DNA from: Squalus acanthias
Lineage: Eukaryota
Length of the DNA: 64,000 bases
Direction of reading: 5' to 3'
NCBI GenBank assembly: GCA_030390025.1
Contig: CM059432.1
Coordinates: forward strand, 53,818,001-53,882,000
Positions 1 through 10,914 of the stretch are shown here, piece by piece; the stretch's first letter is position 1; every line of letters begins with the position of its first letter. The notes under the pieces were generated by a model. It was not told the DNA's origin. It did not search any database and saw only the letters and a list, made by a program, of their open reading frames with translations. Both the position numbers and the translations under genes were made by a program.

Positions 1-383
1 CATAATTGAGGCATATAAAATTATGAGGGGCCTAGATAGAGTGGATAGGAAGGAACTGTTTCCCTTGGCAGAGGGGTCAACAACCAGGGGGCATAGATTT
101 AAAGTAATTGGTGGAAGGTTTAGAGGGGATTTGAGGAGAATGTTTTTCACCCAGATGGTGGTGGGAGTCGGGAACTCACTGCCTGAAAGGGTGGGAGAGG
201 CAGAAACTCTCACCATTTTCAAAAATAACTTGGATATGCACTTGAAGTGCCGTAACCTACAAGGCTACGGACCAAGAGCTGGCAAGTGGGATTGGATTAG
301 GCTGGAGAGCTCTTTGTCAGCCGGCGCGGACACGATGGGCCGAATGGCCTCCTTCCGTGCTGTAAATTTCTATGATTCTATGA
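1..383 (+). mobile_element. CR1 LINE 3' end (ORF2 C-terminus, 3' UTR, tail)
   Basis: ORF 23-403 gives GLDRVD..LFPL..TRGHRFK..FFTQ..V..NSLP, the CR1 ORF2 C-terminus; ends in TTCTATGATTCTATGA (368-383). Confidence 0.93.
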
Positions 384-415
384 ATTGTAGCTTAATACAG
401 TGACTTACACATCTT

Positions 416-1171
416 GGGCTGGAAATTGTGGTTGGAGGCTTCCCGCGGGCGAATGCCTCTGATCTGCAAGAAAAGTACGCACCTACCTGGCGCCTCCATA
501 CCTTCGAACTCTTGCGGTCCTGGGCCTGCAGGCATACGCCTGCGTAAAGGATTGTGTATTCCAGGTGTGCAGGCAGTTCGTAAACATCCTGAGATCAAGT
601 GGGCCAGCCCAACCAATCACAAAAGGGGATTCCCATTATGCTTATGGGGATTCCTTTCATGTATGGAATCCCCATAAGCTGAATAGGAATCACCCAAAAA
701 AACACACTTTCACCCCACTTAAATAAAAATAAATCATGTGTTAAAAATTAATGAAAATACAATTTAACTAAACATTTAAAACAAAAATTTAATTTTTTGA
801 AAAATAAATGTAAACATTTTTAAAGGGGCCAAAAATAACCTAAACTAATTTTAAAGGTTTTTGAATGTTTAAATCATTTTTAAAAATTATTTAAATATTT
901 ATTTAAACCCTTACACTGGTAAAAGAAGGCCTTATGCCTGCTTTTACCAGGCGTAAGAGTTTTGTGGGCATTTGCTGGGCAGTAGTTGGGGAAATAGCCC
1001 AACCCTTCACCAGCAAATGTCCATTTCCTGCGCATTCATACGATCTGTCAAGAAGAATCTTGACAGATCTCAAGTTCCGGGTTTTAGTTCATGCGCAGCC
1101 CATGCCAAAACCTGAACTTGCGGGGCACTTATGGCCACGTACACCGTCCTAGGCCCGGGAAAATCCGGGCC
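416..1171. mobile_element. Non-autonomous Harbinger-like TIR element, 756 bp, multi-hairpin with AT-rich core
   Basis: Ends GGGCTGGAAATT / AAAATCCGGGCC; CTT on both sides (413-415, 1172-1174); internal stems 640-654/665-679, 1042-1053/1058-1069, 1071-1085/1107-1120. Confidence 0.8.
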
Positions 1172-1804
1172 CTTGTTTTTCTCAAATATGCAGCAAGGTA
1201 TCTTTCATCTTTCATTCAACACCATTTTAAAAAAGCTAGCACATTATTATATAAGAAGAATAAATTTGTATTAGATGTGCTATTTATGCTTTTGTATGGT
1301 GTGTCTGCAGTTTTTTTTCTTTAGGTCAAATCAAGTCATTTTCTAGTTTGTTAAAATTTTGAGTCTCTTAAAATCATTTCCCCACAGAGTAATAGATGTG
1401 GAGAGTAAAATACCAAAATATAGTGAATCCAAAGGCAGAACAATGGAAATAACAATATACATGTGCAAAGTGAAGTTTGTTCCTTTGTGCATGTGTCTCA
1501 CCAGGTTTTGAAGGTACTAAACCCAAATTAGTGTGAACTTGCCACAATTCAAAATTGACATTGCTTTTTCCTCTTAGCCTTAGTCAACACAACTCATGCA
1601 CGTCATCTTCCATTCACACCCTAATTCACTTTATACAAGACTAAAAGTGGTGGTTGTTGACAAAATTTCAAAACTAGCTTTGCATAGTGGACTGTTATGC
1701 TTATCATATGTTTATTTCAGCTGATTAATATGGCCTCAATCTTGGCATGTTGACTTCTACTGGCACTTCAATCCCCTGCAAAGGAAATATATCATAATGT
1801 TTAC

Positions 1805-2100
1805 TGGTAATCTAGTGGTTATAGTAGTGGTCTAACAATACAGAAGTTGTGAGTTCATAATACCATGATGATAAGCTGTGAAACTGAATTTTTTTTAAAA
1901 ATGTTAATTTATGGGCAAACACCAGAAAATAACCATGAAAGCTGCTGGGTTGTTGTAAAAACCCAACTGGTTCACTAATGTCCTTCAGGAATGAAAACCT
2001 GTCACCCCCTACCCAGTCTGGAGTGCACATGACTCCAGTTCCACATTATGTAGTTGACTCTTAATCCCCTCAGTGATGGACAGTAAATACTACCATGCCA
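1805..2100 (+). mobile_element. Old tRNA-headed SINE sharing 5' body and 3' tail with the LINE at 13175-16322
   Basis: GTAAAAACCCAACTGGTTCACTAATGTCCTTCAGG..GTTGACTCTTAAT matches 13339-13434; the end GATGGACAGTAAATACTACCATGCCA resembles the LINE tail GATGGACAATAAATGCTGGCCTTGCCA (~16258-16284). Confidence 0.7.
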
Positions 2101-2519
2101 GTTTCTTAAAAGCTACTCATTGTAGCTTAGTTTGAGCCTTTAAAGATAGAGAGAGTTAAATTCCATTCTTTGCTATTTTCTAGACCGTATACTGTGGTAT
2201 AGCATGACATAATCTCAAATCAATATCTACTGATGAGTCAAAGCAATCAATCCTTCTGAACAAGATTGTCCCCTAACCTATGGTAAGAACAAACAACAAA
2301 CAGGATTGGAATAAATTGGCTTTTTCTGGAAGTAAAATAAAATCTCTGGGGCCGAAAATCTGAAGCCTTTCTGGTATGCTCCCAGCCAGAATTTAGGTCA
2401 GGACACAGATGCATTGGATCCCAACTTAACACCAACGAATCTGATCTTGTGGGGATGGAAACATCGCCTGTCACTGATGAGGCCATTGTCATAGGGGGGG
2501 ATAGAACCTGGGAGAAGGA

Positions 2520-2881
2520 GTGTGGAGTTTGCACATTCTCCCCGTGTCTGCGTGGGTTTCCTCCGGGTGCTCCGGTTTCCTCCCACAGTCCAAAAATGTG
2601 CGGGTTAGGTTGATTTGGCTATGATAAATTGACCCTTAGTGTTAGGGGGGGATTAAATATGTGGGGTTACGGGGATAGGACAGGAAGGGATATGTTAGGG
2701 GGAATTAAATACGTGGGGTTACGGGGATAGGGTGGGATATGTGTCGGTGCAGGCTCGATGGGGATTCTGTGTGAGAAAGCAGGGACAGGGTACTGGATTT
2801 GGATAATCAGCCATGATCGTATTGAATGGTGGAGCAGGCTCGACGGGCCGAATGGCCTACTCCTGCTCCTAGTTTCTATGT
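2520..2881 (+). mobile_element. HE1-type V-SINE, 5'-truncated
   Basis: V-domain GTGTGGAGTTTGCACATTCTCCCCGTGTCTGCGTGGGTTTCCTCCGGGTGCTCCGGTTTCCTCCCACAGTCCAAA followed by a CR1-like tail ..AATGGCCTACTCCTGCTCCTAGTTTCTATGT. Confidence 0.9.
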
Positions 2882-3183
2882 AAGGGACTCGGCTGAACTT
2901 TTACTTTGCTGTTGGGGTAGGTTGAAACGGCGGGTCTTGCAGTGGCTTTTCAACGAAGCCACGGCAATTGACTCAGACTTCCGGCTTTCCCGACCAATTA
3001 ACTGAAATGCGTCTGATGACGTCACAGATGACTCGACTTCAGTTCAGCTATTTAAAGGAGCAATGCAGAGGTGACAGTTGAAGGTTGGTGGAGGTGCAAG
3101 AGAGGTTGTCGGGGAAGACAGTGGATTGTGCAAAGAATAAGTTGCTTGTTGGTATGTAAATTTATACTGATTGTTAATCAAAA

Positions 3184-3417
3184 ATGCAGTCTCAGCGCCA
3201 AAAGCTGCCCTGAGATTTAGTGATGCCTCCCTGGAAATCCTGCTCCAAAGAGTCAGGGCCCACAGGGACGACTCCTGGTGACAGGAGGAAGAGGCCAGCT
3301 GCCGAGACCAAGAGGGCATAGCTGCAGATCTCGGAGGATGTGAGCAGCAGGAGTGTGGTACCCAGGTCGAGGATACAATGCAGGAAACGATTCAATGACC
3401 TCATGAGGTCAGGAAAG
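3184..3417 (+). pseudogene. Harbinger Myb/SANT-like gene, exon 1 (degenerate)
   Basis: Translates to RFSDASLEILLQRV...VSSRSVVPRSRIQCRKRFNDLMRSGK, followed by donor GTGAGT at 3418; resembles Myb/SANT (NAIF1/MSANTD-like) domains. Confidence 0.8.
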
Positions 3418-3502
3418 GTGAGTACAATGCCTCATTGCTCTACATCCTGCTGTGCGTGTCACCCCAACCCCCTCACTCCGCCTTCCCGAGCCTACTCCTG
3501 CA

Positions 3503-6500
3503 CATAGAAACATAGAAACATAGAAGATAGGAGCAGGAGTAGGCCATTCGGCACCTTGAGCCTGCTCCGCCATTTAATGAGATCATGGCTGATCATCCAA
3601 ATTCAGTACCCTGTCGCTGCTTTCTCCCCATATCCCTTGATCCCTTTAGCCTTAAGAAATATATCTAACTCCTTGAATATATTTAATGAATTGGCCTCAA
3701 CTGCCTTTTGTGGTAGAAAATTCCACAGGTTCACCACTCTCTGGGTGAAGAAATTCCTCCTCATCTCTGTCTTAAATGGCTTACCCCTTATCTTTAGACT
3801 GTGACCCCTGGTTCTGGACTCCACCGCCATCGGGAACATCCTTCCTGCATCTAGTCTGTCTAGTCCTGTTGGAATTTTATAAGTTTCAATGATATCCCCT
3901 CTCATTCTTCTAAACTCCAGTGAATATAAGCCCAATCGACCCAATCTCTCCTCATACATCATTCCTGCCATCCCAGGTATCAGTCTGGTGAATCTTCGCT
4001 GCACTCCCTCCATGGCAAGAACATCCTTCCTCAGATAAGGCGACCAAAACTGCACACAATACTCAAGGTGTGGTCTCACCAAGGCCCTGTACAACTGTAG
4101 CAAGACATCCTTGCTCCTGTACTCGAATCCTCTCACTATGAAGGCCAACATACCATTTGCCTTCTTAACCACCTGCTGCACCTGCATGCTTACCTTCAGC
4201 GACTGGTGCACAAGGACACCCAGGTCTCGTTGCACTTCCCCTTCTCCCAATCTATTGCCGTTCAGATAATAATCTGCCTTCCTGTTTTTGCCACCAAAGT
4301 GGATAACCTCGCATTTATCCACATTATACTGCATCTGCCATGCATCTGCCCAATCACCCAACCTGTCCAAATCATACTGGAGTTTCTGGGCATCCTCCTC
4401 ACAGCACACATGCCCACCCAGCTTTGTGTCGTCTGCAAACTTGGAGATATTACATCTAGTTCCCTTGTCTAGATCATTAATATATATATATTGTGAATAG
4501 CTGGGGTCCTAGCACCGATCCCTGCGGTACCCCATTAGTCACTGCCTGCCACTCAGAAAAAGACTCGCTTATTCCAACTCTTTGCTTCCTGTCTGACAAC
4601 CAGTTCTCTATCCAAGTCAGTACCTTACCCCCAATCCCATGTGCTTTAACTTTACAAGCTAATCTCTTATGCGGGACCTTTTTGAAAGCCTTCTGAAAGT
4701 CCAAATATACCACATCCACTGGTTCTCCCTTATCTATTCTACCAGTTACATCCTCAAAAAATTCCAGTAGATTAGTCAAGCACGATTTACTTTTTGTAAA
4801 TCCATGTTGACTTTGTCCGATCCTGTCACTGTTTTCCAAGTGCTCTGCTATTACATCTTTCATAATGGACTCTAGCATTTTCCCCACTACCGATGTCAGG
4901 CTTACCGGTCTATAATTCCCCATTTTCTCTCTACCACCTTTTTTAAATGGCGGGGTTACATTAGCTACCCTCCAATCCATGGGAACTATTCCAGAGTCTA
5001 TAGAATTTTGGAAGATGACCAGCAATGCATCTACTATTTCTAGGGTCACTTCCTTAAGTACCCTAGGATGTAGATTATCAGGCCCTGGGGATTTATCGGC
5101 CTTCAATCCCATCAAATTCCCTAACACCATTTCCCTACAAATACTGATTTCATTCAGTTCCTCCCTCTCATTAGACCCTATGTTCCCCGACATCTCTGGG
5201 AGGTTATTTGTGTCCTCCTTTGTGAAGACAGAACCAAAGTATGTATTTAATTGGTCAGCCATTTCTTTGTTCCCCATTATACATAGAAACATAGAATCTA
5301 GGAGCAGGAGTAGGCCATTTGGCCCGTCGAGCCTGCTCCACCATTCAATACGATCATGGCTGATCACCCAAATCCAGTACCCTGTCCCTGCTTTAATCCC
5401 CACAGTACACATATCCCACCCTACCCCCGTAACCCCACGTATTTAATTCCCCTTAACATATCCCATCCTATCCCCATAACCCCACATATTTAATCCCCCC
5501 CTAACACTAAGGGTCAATTTATCATAGCCAAATCAACCTAACCCGCACATTTTTGGACTGTGGGAGGAAACCGGAGCACCCGGAGGAAACCCACGCAGAC
5601 ACGGGGAGAATGTGCAAACTCCACACAGACAGTCACCCGAGGTCAGATTCAAACCCGGGTCCCTGGCGCTGTGAGGCACCAGTGCTAACCACTATGCCAC
5701 CGTGTTGCCCTGATTCTGAGTGCAAGAGACCTACGCTTGACTTCACCAATCTTTTTCTCTTCACATATCTATAGAAGCTTTTACAGTCAGTTTTTATGTT
5801 CCCCGCAAGCTTACTCTCATACTCTAATTTCCCCCTCTTAATTAATCCTTTTGTCCTCCTTTGCTGAATCCTAAACTGCTCCCAATCCTCAGGTTTGCTG
5901 CTTTTTCTGGCCAATTTATATGTCCTCTCCTTGGATCTTACGCTATCCCTAATTTCCCTTGTTAGCCACAGTTGCGCCACCTTTTTTGTTTTATTTTTAT
6001 GCCAGACAGGGATGAACAAATTCTGTAGTTTATCCATGCGATCTTTAAATGTTTGCCATTGCCTATCCACCGTCAACCCTTTAAGTAACATTCCCCAATC
6101 CATCCTAGCCAACTCGCGCCTCATACCATCGTAGTTTCCTTTATTTAAATTCAGGACCCTAGTCTCTGAGTCAACTACTTCACTCTCCATCTTAATGAAG
6201 AATTCTATCATATTATGATCGCTCCTCAAGGGGCCTCGCACAACAAGATTGCTAATCAATCCTTTCTCATTACCTAATACCCAGTCTAAGATGGCCTGAT
6301 CTCTAGTTGGTTCCTCGACATATTGGTCCAGGAAACCATCCCGTATACACTCTAGGAATTCCTCCTCCACAGTATTGTTACTAATTTGGTTAGCCCAATC
6401 TATATGTAGATTAAAGTCACCCATGATAACTGCTGTGCCCTTATTGCACGCGTCTCTAATTTCCTGTTTAATGCCATCCCCAACCTCAGCATTACTGTTT

Positions 6501-6670
6501 GGGGGTCTGTATACAACTCCCACTAATGTTTTCTGCCCCTTGGTATTTCTCAGCTTTACCCATACAGATTCCACATCATCAGAGCTAATATCCTTCCTTA
6601 CTATTTTGTTAATCTCCTCTTTAACCAGCAATGCTACCCCACCTCCTTTTCCTTTTTGCCTGTCCTTCCT
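3503..6670 (-). mobile_element. CR1 LINE, 5'-truncated ORF2 (APE endonuclease + RT), split by an HE1 SINE
   Basis: ORFs 5633-6742 (GVVYRPP, MGDFN, SDHN), 4477-5412 ([23 protein letters not shown]) and 3603-4409; (TTTCTATG)n tail at ~3503-3525; frameshift at a TA run near 4480-4492. Confidence 0.95.
5281..5710 (-). mobile_element. HE1-type V-SINE, full length
   Basis: Minus strand: tRNA-like head GGGCAACACGGTGGCATAGTGGTTAGCA..GGGTTTGAATC, V-domain, CR1-like tail; inserted in CR1 ORF2 without a clear TSD. Confidence 0.92.
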
Positions 6671-7760
6671 GACACCAGCGCTGCCATTTTGGAGCTCAAT
6701 GCTCCAGCCAATGCCCTCTCTTAACCTCGCACAGCTGAACACGCGTTCAGTAGCAGGAAGGACTTCCCACCAATGCTATTTAAAGGGATCATCAACTAAT
6801 TGCAGGTTAGTTGCTGGTTGATTTCTTTTGGCTATTGGTACATGTTTACAAGTGTTTGGTGCTTTCTATAGTTGTTTAAAGTTGCCAAAGTTCACAGGAA
6901 GTGGTGTGGTAGGTGCTGAAGGACTTTTTCCTGAGTTCAAGGCTTCTGCACAATCAACTTGCTGCCAGACATTGGTGTACTAGCAGGAATTCCCCTTGGA
7001 ATACAACATAACTTGGAGAATGATCAGAGGACAAACAGAGCAGGACAAGCTGCCGGAAGAGGGAGGAGGAGGGGGGGAGAAGGGCTCTCAGCAGGAGATC
7101 ATAGCCACCCAGGGTGTTCAGGGACAATTCTCCTACCTGAACCTCAACGACGAACAATGTGTAAGATGTCTTTGCTTCAGTAACGATGTCCTCACTGAAA
7201 TCTGCCACCTGCTGCAGCCACAACTGCAACCTCAGTGCAGGGCAAGGATCGCATTGCCAGTAGCTGTGAAGGTGACCGTGGTGATGAACTTTTATGCATC
7301 GGGCTCTTTACAGGCTGGAGCTGGAGATATTTGCAACATCTCACAGTTTGCTGTCCACGGCAAACCACAGGGTGGTGGTATGTTGAATGCTGCACAACCG
7401 CACCATCATCAGTGCATGGCCCTTGCCACCAGCTATACGGAGGAGTCGGAGGATGAGGAAGAAGAGGGAGGAGGCAACCTATACAGCCCCTTTCTGGCCA
7501 GGGTGTCCATGAAGAACTCAGCCGAGTGCGATACAAGTAACCACAACATCAATTCCCCATTCATCACACCTTACCTTCCCTTGGTCACTGACCATCACAG
7601 CATCCGCTTGACCACAAAGTAAAAATAAAAGCCAACACAAAATAAACCAAATGTATAAATCAAATCATGCCATCTTACATACAAACGTAAACTAATCACC
7701 CTTGTGCATTCCCTTAGTGCCTGTCTTCTGTGTGCCTTTGCCTGTCCTAGTGCTCCTACA
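6671..7760 (+). mobile_element. Harbinger family B fragment (upstream region, internally deleted transposase, Myb 3' end on -)
   Basis: 6671-6800 is similar to the reverse complement of ~49200-49325; ORF 6996-7622 contains QFSYLNLND..EICHLLQPQLQP..ALPVAVKVT..NFYASGS; 7700-7755 matches the reverse complement of 44860-44920. Confidence 0.8.
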
Positions 7761-7764
7761 ACAG

Positions 7765-8206
7765 CTTGCAGACTCTGATTGCAGTCATATCTAGGAGGGA
7801 TACAAACCTAGATTTGGGCGTTCATCGCCCCAATTGTGTGCAGCAAGGTGCGCTTCAGCTACTTGCTAGCAGGCAAGTGCGAGTGGGCTATGAGAGGGAT
7901 GATGGTGAGTGGGGTCATGGAAGTGGGGGCTCTGCTCAAAGCGCTCCCACTTCTCCCCCGTTGCCTGCCCTCAGTCAGAGCCCCACATTCTGCCTTGTGT
8001 CCCGATGGCCGAGTCTGCCCCTGCACAGTTGCTGGAGGAGCAGTCTTTGGTGGGGCTCTCACAGGCTCCAAAACCCAGAGGACGTCCGCCAAGAGTGTCT
8101 AAGCAGTCAGAGCAGGGAAGTGAGCAGCCTGCCTCTACCTCTGCTGAAGCCACAGGGAGTGCACCTCATAGAAGTAGCAGAAAAAGAAAAAAGACAACAA
8201 TTGTAA
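7765..8206 (+). pseudogene. Harbinger family A Myb gene, last exon remnant
   Basis: QAPKPRGRPPRVSKQSEQGSEQPASTSAEATGSAPHRSSRKRK, paralogous to 36240-36600 on the - strand. Confidence 0.7.
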
Positions 8207-8519
8207 ATGCACAAGGGCTGCACATGGGTGCGTTATAAAATGTTAGCGGGTTAAGTTTCTGTTGAAGTTATGAGCCACATAAATTTATTTCTTTGCACCA
8301 CTTTCCCATCTTGTCCATTTTTGCCTGCTACCTTGAAAGTGGCCTTGTCAGTAGAAGTGAATGGTAAGACATTACTTAACCTCGAGCAATGGGTGTGTGT
8401 GTGACAGGAATGGTTTGGTCATTTTAGGACTGCTTTGTGGTGGTGGTGGGGTAGTGGGGGGCGGGTGGGGGGGGAGTTGGTTCAGCATCTGGGTGCCATA
8501 TGAGTGCACTGGTGCAACA

Positions 8520-9554
8520 TAACTAAATCGTACCATTATGAGGCCATCCTGGGCAGCAATATGCGCCGCTGCTGGTACCATGTCCACTTCAGGTTCCTCC
8601 TCCTCCTCATGTTGCTCCTGCTCCTCCTCCTCCTCCTCCTCAACCTCCTCCTCCGAAGAGGCTGTGTGCTCTGCGCCTTGCTCATCCTGCAGCTCCAATC
8701 CTAGCTGCTGCACTATGTTGTGCAGAGCGCAGCAAACGACGATCATTCTGGAGACCCTCGCTGGTGCGTACTGAAGGGCTCCTCCAGATCTGTCCAGCCA
8801 TCTGAAGCGCATCTTCAGCATCCTGATTGCTTGCTCTATGACAGATCTTGTCGTCCTCTGGCTTTGATTGTAGCGCTCTTTGGCCTCATTGCTTGGCCTC
8901 CTCAAGGGTATCATGAGCCACATCTTCAGTAGATACCCCTTGTCTCCAAGCAGCCAGCCGGTAAGCCTGGTTAGAGGTGTGAAGAGCTGAGGGAGGGTGA
9001 ACTGGCGCAGGATGAATGAGTCATGACAGCTCCCTGGGAATCTGGCACAGATGATGATCTTTTTATGGTTGCAGACGAGCTGCACATTGAGGGAGTGGAA
9101 GTCCTTACGGTTCACAAACACTCCTGGGTGATCTGGGGACGCCTTGATGGCCACAGTCGATGATGCCCTGCACCTGTGGGAAGCCAGCCAGAGCCACAAA
9201 GCTGAGCATACGCTGTCTGATTGGCTTCATCAGTGGCCAAGTGTACGTAAGTGCCTGACTTGTCAAACATGACATGGTCACCTGGGTAATGCATTTGTGG
9301 GTGGCCGATGGCAAGATCCTGCAAATGTCTCCTGCAGATCCCTGTTCAGTCAAGTCCAGAAAGCTGATCCTCTGCCTACATACGCTGTGTTGGGGGTATC
9401 GCCTTCTGCAAGGTGCACCCTTGTGCTCATCCCCTCTCTCCTGTGGAGTGGCAGGTCGGTGAGGAGAAGGCTGCTGCTGCTGGTGCTGGTGCTGCTGGGG
9501 CACATCTTGGACTGAATCTGTGGTCCAAGGTGAAACCGCCTAAGTGGCACCCAT
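8520..9554 (-). pseudogene. HARBI1-like DDE transposase (frameshifted)
   Basis: [68 protein letters not shown] and a poly-Glu tail; the track ORF reads on to 8372. Confidence 0.92.
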
Positions 9555-10227
9555 GCTGATCTGATAGATGCCAGGTAAAGTGGAGTTCAGGGGGTACTAT
9601 CCTCCAATGTAGTGAGAATGACTTCCAATGTAGTGAGAGTAACTTCCGAAGTTGTAGAAATCACCTGCAAACTCTCAGCACAAATGGTGTCAGCAAGAGC
9701 CTTCACTTAGGCAAGGAAGCAGGTGTGAGGTATGAGTATTTGTGATTGTTTTTTACTGTTAATTGTTTAACTCCCACAATGGCTGCTTGGCTCTCACCTT
9801 GCTTTCATTGGCGAGGTTCAGCAAGCCTGGATCAGGTTAAAAAGGCTGTTAATAACCTCTTAATGAGCTGTCAACTACCTTCATTAGCTCACCTGCCTCT
9901 CCTGAGTGGGTCTCTATCGTGCCCAGGTTAAAGGCAGAAGTTGACGGGCTGAAGCCGGCTTCCCAATGCGCTGTCAATTTCAGTGCTTTTAACAGCCCAC
10001 CCGCTCGCAAACCCGCACACTCTACAAAGTAAACATTCCGGCCACTGTGTCAACAGTTCCCGGATCCCTGGATTTCAGTGGAAGTCCGCTTAAGGTCAGT
10101 GGAGGTATACCTGGTTTCAGACTGCTTACCTCCTTGACATAGGCAGATAGGTCCCACCTGGTGAAACAGGCTGAGATTGAAGCCTGGATCCCCAAAGCAG
10201 AATATTAACTTTTTTTCAAAAGTATAT

Positions 10228-10914
10228 GGGGGGGAAATTGACTCGCTTTGGGGTGCTAACTTCACCGGGGCACTACTTTTAAAGTTAGCGCCCCCGTGCC
10301 CGAAATTGAATGGTAGCGTCCCAAGCAGGAGGCGGGGCGCTACTGGAAGCAGTCCCCCTCCCTCTTGGTGTGCTCCCATTGAATATCGCGGCGCTACGTG
10401 CAGCCACACCACTGATTAAAGGGGCCTAGTGCAGCGCGCACCAGGGCCCTGCTGTACCACTGGGGAGCAGGGTGCCGACAAAAGAGCCCGGCACTCAAGA
10501 GGAGTGCCGGGCTGACCGATCGCGGCCGGCACCCTGCAGGATAAGGCAGGTGCTGGCAGGTGGCCCAAAAAAAGCCACCCGGCACCTGCCCTTTAATTAT
10601 CGCCGCCCCGGCCGCAAAAACGCCACCCTAACCCTGTTGGACATATCGTCCGGCGGTAGGTCAGGGGGCGCGAGCCAAGTTTGTGGCTGGGGCACGAGCG
10701 GGGCGCTGCACACTGCAATGACGTCATCACCAGAGGCACTGCGCACTGCAATGACGTCATCGCCGGAGGCGCAGTGCCACAGGGTGCTACCGGCTACCGC
10801 CGCCGCTAACCTCCTGCTGAATTTCGCGGGAGGCGTTAGCGGCGCCGCACCTGGGCGCGAGTTACTTTGCGCCCCATTCTAACGGGAGGTGCAAAGCAAC
10901 TGAATTTTTCCCCC
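10228..10914. mobile_element. GC/CpG-rich non-autonomous Harbinger-like TIR element, 687 bp
   Basis: GGGGGGGAAATTGA / TGAATTTTTCCCCC; TAT on both sides; internal duplicated GCACTGCAATGACGTCATC. Confidence 0.8.

Larger units (their letters stand above)
2890..10043. mobile_element. PIF/Harbinger element (family A) with both ends, interrupted by CR1, SINE and another Harbinger fragment
   Basis: Left CGGCTGAACTTTTACTTTG vs right reverse complement GGCCGGAATGTTTACTTTG; ACT TSD at 2887-2889 and 10044-10046; Myb gene on +, transposase on -. Confidence 0.82.

Noticed and set aside
2348..2399. Possible 50-bp mini TIR element
   Set aside because: Ends match only weakly and there is no TSD.
5640..5710. 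tRNA gene (also 13175-13245, 30310-30381, 57060-57129)
   Set aside because: tRNA-derived heads of retroelements, continuous with SINE/LINE bodies.
8372..9199. Host HARBI1 gene
   Set aside because: Frameshifted, multicopy within the window and bounded by TIRs/TSD, so it is a transposon copy.
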